Part shown: positions 58,266 to 64,000 of the stretch, one piece after another | Numbering within the stretch: the first letter of the stretch is position 1 | How the letters are laid out: every line of letters begins with the position of its first letter | NCBI GenBank assembly: GCA_035550695.1 | Contig: DASZOS010000051.1 | Location: 13,519 to 77,518, forward strand | From: Burkholderiales bacterium | GTDB lineage: Bacteria; Pseudomonadota; Gammaproteobacteria; Burkholderiales; SG8-39 | Length of the DNA stretch: 64,000 nucleotides | Reading direction: 5' to 3' | The notes under the pieces: model-generated | Told to the model about the DNA's origin: nothing | Database searches by the model: none | Seen by the model: the letters and a program-made list of their open reading frames with translations, nothing else | Position numbers and translations under genes: made by a program

Positions 58266-59896
58266 TCCGCTCGGCATACCGCGCATGTCTAAGGGCGGCT
58301 GCGGCCGCCCTTCTGTTTTCCGGGCTCGCCTGCCAGGCGCAGACGGCGCGCCATTTCATGGTCGCGGCGGCGCATCCGCTGGCGGTCGATGCCGGCTACG
58401 CGGTGCTGAAAGGCGGGGGAACCGCGGTGGATGCCGCGGTGGCGGTGCAGATGGTGCTCGGGCTGGTGGAGCCGGAATCCTCGGGCATCGGCGGCGGCGC
58501 GTTCCTGCTGCACTGGTCGCAGAGCGACAAGCGCCTGCGCAGCTACGACGGCCGCGAAACCGCGCCCGCCGCGGCGAGAGCGGATCGATTCCTGGAAAGC
58601 GACGGCACGCCCATGGCGTTTGCGCATGCCATCGGCGGCCGCTCGGTCGGCGTTCCCGGCGTACTGCGCATGCTCGAGGTTGCGCACCGGCGCCACGGCA
58701 GGCGGCCTTGGGCCGAGCTCTTCCAGTACGCCATCTTTGCCGCCGAAGAAGGCTTTGCGATGCCGGCACAGCTTCACGCCCACTTGGAGCGCGAGCGCAT
58801 GCTGCCGGCCGACCCGGAGGCGCGGCGCGTTTTTTATGGCGCGGACGGAAAGCCGAAACCAGTCGGCGCGCGCGTGACCAATCCGCGGTATGGCGCCACG
58901 CTGCGCATGGTGGCGATGGGCGGCGCCGGCGCCTTCTACAGCGGCGAGGTGGCGCGCGATATCGTCGGCGCGGTGCGCTCGCATGCCAGGCCGGGCGATA
59001 TCAGCGAGGAGGACCTGGCAGCCTACCGCGCGGTGGAGCGCGAGCCAGTGTGCGGTCCGTACCGCGCCTGGCGCGTGTGCTCGATGGGCCCGCCGAGCTC
59101 GGGCGGCGTCGCGGTCCTGCAGATCCTCGGGGTACTGGAGCGCGTGCCGTTCGCGAGCGCCGCGCGCCACTCGGAGGCCGCCGTCCACTTTTTCACCGAA
59201 GCGGGGCGGCTCGCGTACGCGGATCGCGCGCGCTACGCCGGCGACCCGGATTTCGTGCGTGTGCCCGTCGCGCGCCTGCTCGATCGGAAGTATCTCGATC
59301 AACGCGCGCGGCGCATTGGCGAGCGCTCCGTACGTCAGGCGCAGCCGGGCGATTTCGAGGCGGGGACCAGCCATTTTTCCATCGTCGATGCGGTCGGGGA
59401 CGTGGTGGCGATGACCACAACGATCGAGAGCACCTTCGGCAGTCGCATCATGGTGCGCGGTTTTCTCCTCAACAACCAGCTGACCGATTTCGACTTCACG
59501 CCGGGCGGGGCGAACCAGGTTGCGCCGCGCAAGCGCCCGCGCAGCAGCATGGCGCCGACCCTGGTTTTCGAACGCGACGGCGAGGTGCGGCTCGTCGTCG
59601 GCTCGCCCGGCGGGCCGAACATCATCAACTACGTCGCCCGGGCGCTTGTCGCGACGCTCGATTGGGGGTTCGACGTGCAATCGGCCATCGGGCTGCCCAA
59701 CTTCGGCTCGCGCAACGGCCCGACCCTGCTGGAGCGCGGCACGGTCTACGAGGCGCTGCGCGCGGATCTGGAAAGCCGGAACCACGTCGTAGAGTCGGTT
59801 CCGCTGCCGAGCGGCCTGCACGCGATCGAGCGCATTGCGGGCGGCTGGGGCGGCGGCGCCGATCCGCGCCGCGAAGGCGCGGCGCGGGGCGACTGA
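58262..59896 (+). CDS. ggt: gamma-glutamyltransferase
   Basis: GTG at 58262 overlaps the hppA stop; signal peptide; [10 protein letters not shown]; autoprocessing region GTSHFSIVD. Confidence 0.93.
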   Translation: MIRSAYRACLRAAAAALLFSGLACQAQTARHFMVAAAHPLAVDAGYAVLKGGGTAVDAAVAVQMVLGLVEPESSGIGGGAFLLHWSQSDKRLRSYDGRETAPAAARADRFLESDGTPMAFAHAIGGRSVGVPGVLRMLEVAHRRHGRRPWAELFQYAIFAAEEGFAMPAQLHAHLERERMLPADPEARRVFYGADGKPKPVGARVTNPRYGATLRMVAMGGAGAFYSGEVARDIVGAVRSHARPGDISEEDLAAYRAVEREPVCGPYRAWRVCSMGPPSSGGVAVLQILGVLERVPFASAARHSEAAVHFFTEAGRLAYADRARYAGDPDFVRVPVARLLDRKYLDQRARRIGERSVRQAQPGDFEAGTSHFSIVDAVGDVVAMTTTIESTFGSRIMVRGFLLNNQLTDFDFTPGGANQVAPRKRPRSSMAPTLVFERDGEVRLVVGSPGGPNIINYVARALVATLDWGFDVQSAIGLPNFGSRNGPTLLERGTVYEALRADLESRNHVVESVPLPSGLHAIERIAGGWGGGADPRREGAARGD

Positions 59897-59931
59897 GACT
59901 AGAATGATTGCGGCACCGGGAGGGAGCCGAG

Positions 59932-62900
59932 ATGAAGCCGAGAAGGGCGTCGCTCGGTAAGACCGCGCGCCCGAGCCTGACGGGCATTCTGGCGCGCAAG
60001 CGCCTATTCACCCTGCTTGACCACGTGTGCCAGGGACCTGCAGTGTGGGTCTCGGGCCCTCCGGGATGCGGCAAGACGACCCTGGTGGCGAGCTGGCTCG
60101 ATCAGGCGGGCATCCCAGCCCTTTGGTACCAGCTTGACGAAGGCGACGCCGACGTCGCGACGTTCTTCTATTACCTCAGCGCGGCAGCCGAGCAGCTCGA
60201 CGGTGCACGCCTGCCGCTGCTCGCCCCGGAGCACCAGGCGGGGCTCGCCAAGTTCACGCGGCGCTACTTCCAGCAGCTTTTTTCGCAGCTGCAAGCGCCT
60301 TTTGCGCTCGTCTTCGACGGCTGCCACGAGGTGCCGGCCTCCTCCCCGCTGCACGAGGTGCTGCGGCTTGCCATCCAGGAGCTGCCGCCGGGGGGAACGC
60401 TGATCCTCGTGAGCCGCGAGGATCCGGGGCCGAGCCTCGCGCGCCTGGTCGCGAACCGCGCGCTCGCCCTCGTCGGCTGGGACGAGCTGCGTCTTACGCG
60501 CGAAGAAACCGCCTCGATCGTCGCACAGCGGCTGCCGCGCCTGCCTGCGGCCGACCTCGATCGGCTTTGCGCGAGAACCGAAGGGTGGGCGGCCGGGCTC
60601 GTGCTCATGCTGGAGCAGGCACGTTCCGGCGGCGCGCTCGCCGAGCCTCCCGCGAAAACCCGCAAGCTGGTGTTCGACTATCTCGCCGGGGAGATCTTCC
60701 AGAAGTCGGATGCGCGCGCGCGCAACTTCCTGTTGAAGACCGCATATCTGCCGCAGATGACCGCGGCGACGGCGGCCGCGCTCACCGGCGACCCGGATGC
60801 GGGGGGGATTCTCTCCGAGCTCCACCGCAGCAACTATTTCCTCTCGCTGCGCGAGACTGGCGGCGAGCCGCTTTACCAGTATCACCCGATGCTGCGCGAC
60901 TTCCTGCAGGCGCGCGCCGAGGAGACGCTCGACAAGGAGAGCCGCAGGCAGCTGCAGCGCGCCTCCGCGCAGCAGTTGGAGCAGGGCGGGCACGCGGCGG
61001 AGGCGCTCGCGCTGTATCGCGACAGCCACGGCTGGAGCGACATGGCTGCAGTGATCGAGCGTCACGCGCAAGCGCTTCTCGCCCAGGGCCGCGGCGAGAC
61101 GGTGGCGCGCTGGGTCGAGGAGCTGCCGCCCGAAATGCAGCTCAAGCATCCCTGGACCGTGCACTGGGCGGCGGCGAGCCGGGCGCAGCTTGCGCCGCGC
61201 GAGGCAAGGCTGCTGTACGAAAAAGCCTTCGAGCTGTTCCGCGCGCAGCAGGATGCGAAGGGCATGGTGCTCGCGTGCTCTGGCGCGATGGACGCCATCC
61301 TCTACGAGCTCGACGACTTCTCGCTGCTCGACCGCTGGATCGCGGTGCTCGATGAAGCGGCGAGCAATACGCCGCTCGGCTCGCCGGAGCTCGAGGCGCG
61401 GGTCGCGTGCAGCATGTTCGTGTCTCTCACGCTGCGCCAGCCGCAGCGGCGCGACATCGGGCAATGGATCGAGCGCGCGCTCGCCGCGGCGCGCGGCGTG
61501 CCCGAAGTGAACCTCAAGATCTCGACCGGCCTGCTCGCGGCGCTGACCCTGATGTGGACCGGTCTCTACGCGCGCGCCGCCGAGCTCATCGACGACATGC
61601 GCCGCCTTGCGGAGGCGACCGGGATCACGGTGTTCTCGCTGCTCACGCTGAAGACAGTCGAAGCGATGCACGGCATGCTCACGGCCGAGGGCGCTGCCTC
61701 GGAGAAAGCGGTGCGCGAGGGTCTCGCGCTCGCGCGCGCGACCGGAGTGCATACCTGGACGTTCCAGCTTCTCGCGTACGGCTACGGAGGCGCGCTCGGC
61801 CGCCACAACCTTGCAGCCGCGGCGAGCCTGGCGCGCCAGCTCGAATCGCATACCGCCGCCGGCGGGCGCTTCAACCTGTGCCTGTTCCGGCACTTCCAGG
61901 CCTGGGAAGCCATGCTGCGCAAAGACCTCATGGGCGCGCTGCAGCACGAGAAAGCCGCGCTCAGGATGGCGATCGAAGTCGGCTGCCCCTATTTCGAGGC
62001 GCTTTGCCGCCTCGCGCTCGCGGCAATCCTTGCCGAGTGCGGCGACGAGCGCAAATGCGCCTCGCACCTGCTCGCGCTGCGCGAGTTGGTGCGCGATATC
62101 GACAACCGCCACCTGGAGTTCACCTGCCTTGTCGGCTTCGCGCAGATCGCGCTCGAGCACGGCCGCCAGCGCGCCGGGCTCAACGCTCTGCGCCGGGGAC
62201 TCGAGCTCGGGCGGCAATACGGCTACGCGCACTTCCTGTGGTGGCGGCCGACGGCAGTGGCGCGCGTGCTTGGCCATGCGCTCCAGGCCGGCATCGAGGT
62301 CGACTACGCCCGCGGCCTGATCAAAAGCCGCGGCCTCGTGCCCGAGACGGCGCCGGGGTCGGCCGATTGGCCGTGGGCCTATCGGGTGCAGACCTTCGGC
62401 GGCTTTCGCCTGCTGCGCCACGACGAGCCGCTGCCCATGACCGGCAAGGCGCAGCGCCGCCCGCTCGAGCTGCTGAAGGTCCTGATCGCTTACGGCGGCG
62501 AGCAGGTGAGTGAAAGCCGTGTGACCGACGCCCTGTGGCCGCGGATCGACGGCGATTCGGCGCACCGCTCCTTTACCAGCGCGCTGCACCGGCTACGCAA
62601 GCTCCTGGGCGAGGACCGGGCCGTCGTCCTGCACGAGGGCCGTCTCACCCTCGATCGGCGCTATTTCTGGGTCGACGCCTGGGCTTTCGAGGCGCTCGCC
62701 GCCGAAACCGAGCGCGCTTCCGATCCGCTGCGCGCCGAACAGCTTGCCGAGCAGATGCTCGCCCTTTACCGCGCCCCGTTCATGGCCGGCGAAGACGACG
62801 CAGCCTGGGTCATTGCGCCGCGCGAACGCATGCGCAGCCGTCTGGCGCGCGCCCTGGGACGGGTGTTTCGCCAATGGGAGAGCAGCGGTCAGCTCGAGCG

Positions 62901-62973
62901 GGCTCGCGACGCCTACGAGAAATGCCGCGAAATCGACTCGCAGGCGGTGCCAGAGGCAGGCTTTAAGCTATAG
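59932..62973 (+). CDS. MalT-like STAND ATPase with C-terminal winged-helix plus BTAD (SARP) module
   Basis: GGGAGGGAG RBS region before the ATG at 59932; Walker A GPPGCGKTT, Walker B LVFDGCHE; long helical-repeat middle; C-terminal FGGFRLL...LELLKVLIAYGG...HRLRKLLG then a BTAD-like segment. Confidence 0.8.
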   Translation: MKPRRASLGKTARPSLTGILARKRLFTLLDHVCQGPAVWVSGPPGCGKTTLVASWLDQAGIPALWYQLDEGDADVATFFYYLSAAAEQLDGARLPLLAPEHQAGLAKFTRRYFQQLFSQLQAPFALVFDGCHEVPASSPLHEVLRLAIQELPPGGTLILVSREDPGPSLARLVANRALALVGWDELRLTREETASIVAQRLPRLPAADLDRLCARTEGWAAGLVLMLEQARSGGALAEPPAKTRKLVFDYLAGEIFQKSDARARNFLLKTAYLPQMTAATAAALTGDPDAGGILSELHRSNYFLSLRETGGEPLYQYHPMLRDFLQARAEETLDKESRRQLQRASAQQLEQGGHAAEALALYRDSHGWSDMAAVIERHAQALLAQGRGETVARWVEELPPEMQLKHPWTVHWAAASRAQLAPREARLLYEKAFELFRAQQDAKGMVLACSGAMDAILYELDDFSLLDRWIAVLDEAASNTPLGSPELEARVACSMFVSLTLRQPQRRDIGQWIERALAAARGVPEVNLKISTGLLAALTLMWTGLYARAAELIDDMRRLAEATGITVFSLLTLKTVEAMHGMLTAEGAASEKAVREGLALARATGVHTWTFQLLAYGYGGALGRHNLAAAASLARQLESHTAAGGRFNLCLFRHFQAWEAMLRKDLMGALQHEKAALRMAIEVGCPYFEALCRLALAAILAECGDERKCASHLLALRELVRDIDNRHLEFTCLVGFAQIALEHGRQRAGLNALRRGLELGRQYGYAHFLWWRPTAVARVLGHALQAGIEVDYARGLIKSRGLVPETAPGSADWPWAYRVQTFGGFRLLRHDEPLPMTGKAQRRPLELLKVLIAYGGEQVSESRVTDALWPRIDGDSAHRSFTSALHRLRKLLGEDRAVVLHEGRLTLDRRYFWVDAWAFEALAAETERASDPLRAEQLAEQMLALYRAPFMAGEDDAAWVIAPRERMRSRLARALGRVFRQWESSGQLERARDAYEKCREIDSQAVPEAGFKL

Positions 62974-63038
62974 GTAAGCGATCGGTAAGCGATCCGGCTG
63001 CGCTCCCTCCGCATCATGGACGCTGACAGGAGGGAGTC

Positions 63039-63524
63039 ATGAACATATCGAAACGTCTTGCCATCGCTGCAGTTGTTCCCGCGTTCGCCCTTTCGGGCTG
63101 CTACGTCATTCCGGTCAACCCGGACGGCAGTCCCGCTTGGCCCCCGGGCGCGGTGTGGGGCCCCGGTGTAACGCCGTCGAGCGGAGTGACCGCACCGGCA
63201 CCCGCGCAGAAGCCCACCGTTCCCGCCACGCTCCAGGCGCGTCTGTACCCGGCGAACGAGCTCGCCACCCCGACCGGGATCGTGTCCGGAACGGTGACCA
63301 ACATGATGAGCGGCAAAGGGCGCTTCGTGCTCGATTACCGCGGCGAGCTGCTCAGCGGCGAAGCGACGCGGGTGTCGGGCGAGGAGCGCAAGGGCGTCGC
63401 GAGCGCGTACGGGCGCGGCGGCGCCTACATGAGCTGCGAGTACCAGATGAACACGCCCTATCAGGGCGCGGGGACTTGCCTGTTTTCGGACGGCGCGCGC
63501 TACCAGGTGCACATCGGCCAGTAG
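63039..63524 (+). CDS. hypothetical lipoprotein
   Basis: 161 aa; lipobox FALSGC; Pro-rich linker; no family recognised. Confidence 0.6.
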   Translation: MNISKRLAIAAVVPAFALSGCYVIPVNPDGSPAWPPGAVWGPGVTPSSGVTAPAPAQKPTVPATLQARLYPANELATPTGIVSGTVTNMMSGKGRFVLDYRGELLSGEATRVSGEERKGVASAYGRGGAYMSCEYQMNTPYQGAGTCLFSDGARYQVHIGQ

Positions 63525-63527
63525 CGG

Positions 63528-64000
63528 CTATCCCCCGCGCATCAGGGCGATGAGCTTGCGCGCGTAGTCCGAGCCGCCCTGGCTGGAGAAGCGGTTCATC
63601 AGCGCGAGCGTGATCACCGGCGCTGGTACGCCGAGCTCGATCGATTCGAGCGCGGTCCAGCGCCCCTCGCCCGAATCGGCGACCACCGGCGCGATGCGCG
63701 AGATGTCGTGGGCCTGGGTCAGGACTCTCGCGCACAGGTCGAGGAGCGAAGAGCGCACCACGCTGCCGTGGCGCCAGGTCTCGGCGAGCCGCGCGAGGTC
63801 GATGTCGAGATCGGGGCGCGCGGCGAGCAGCGCAAAGCCTTCGGCGAGCGATTGCATGATCCCGTACTCGATGCCGTTGTGGATCATTCGGGCGAAATGC
63901 CCGGCGCCGCTCGGCCCGCAGTGCAGCCAGCCGTGCTCGGGATGCGGCGCGAGGATGCGGGCATACGGGGCGAAGATCTCGATCGATTTGGGCGTGCCAC
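63528..64000 (-). CDS. gnd: 6-phosphogluconate dehydrogenase (decarboxylating, short Gnd-like), C-terminal part; extends beyond the window
   Basis: MIHNGIEYGIMQSLAEGF...DSGEGRWT; the reading frame stays open to the window edge. Confidence 0.85.
   Translation of the reverse strand, partial: GTPKSIEIFAPYARILAPHPEHGWLHCGPSGAGHFARMIHNGIEYGIMQSLAEGFALLAARPDLDIDLARLAETWRHGSVVRSSLLDLCARVLTQAHDISRIAPVVADSGEGRWTALESIELGVPAPVITLALMNRFSSQGGSDYARKLIALMRGG

Noticed and set aside
56219-59896. 1225-aa ORF spanning hppA and ggt.
   Set aside because: The first ~680 codons are an out-of-frame read through hppA. Only the part from the GTG at 58262 (signal peptide plus GGT motifs) is a real gene.

Overview
High-GC (roughly two-thirds G+C by eye) chromosomal window whose gene order looks betaproteobacterial (inference from synteny only; no searches were run). 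About 70 protein-coding genes are densely packed, and I found no rRNA, tRNA or CRISPR. Most of it is housekeeping: secA-argJ, yacG-zapD-coaE-pilD-pilC, ffh, rpsP-rimM-trmD-rplS, ribBA-ribH-nusB-thiL-pgpA, recA-recX-alaS, xseA, exbBD-lpxK-kdsB-adk, hppA and ggt. The unusual content sits in small accessory pockets. (1) 39.7-46.3 kb: a translationally coupled operon built around an ArsS-like radical SAM/Cys-rich enzyme, with a metallophosphoesterase-like protein, a DedA/TVP38-flavoprotein disulfide reductase fusion, DUF547, a GT2 transferase and a DUF2064 transferase. Its product is unknown and this is my best candidate for an undescribed system. (2) 34.05-38.37 kb: a 3.9-kb amidase/ABC cassette bracketed by 209-bp direct repeats of a thioesterase gene's 3' end, with no integrase. 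(3) A 22-codon Phe-rich leader peptide plus terminator/antiterminator upstream of a class I DAHP synthase. (4) An AmmeMemoRadiSam pair in which Memo and AMMECR1 are fused. (5) A REP-flanked RAYT transposase wedged between two convergent genes. (6) A cluster of DnaA boxes upstream of exbB. (7) A MalT-like STAND ATPase with a C-terminal SARP module. (8) An orphan class III nucleotidyl cyclase inserted between ffh and rpsP. All coordinates and identities come from reading the sequence and ORF track by hand. Family names are recalled from memory and need HMM or BLAST confirmation.
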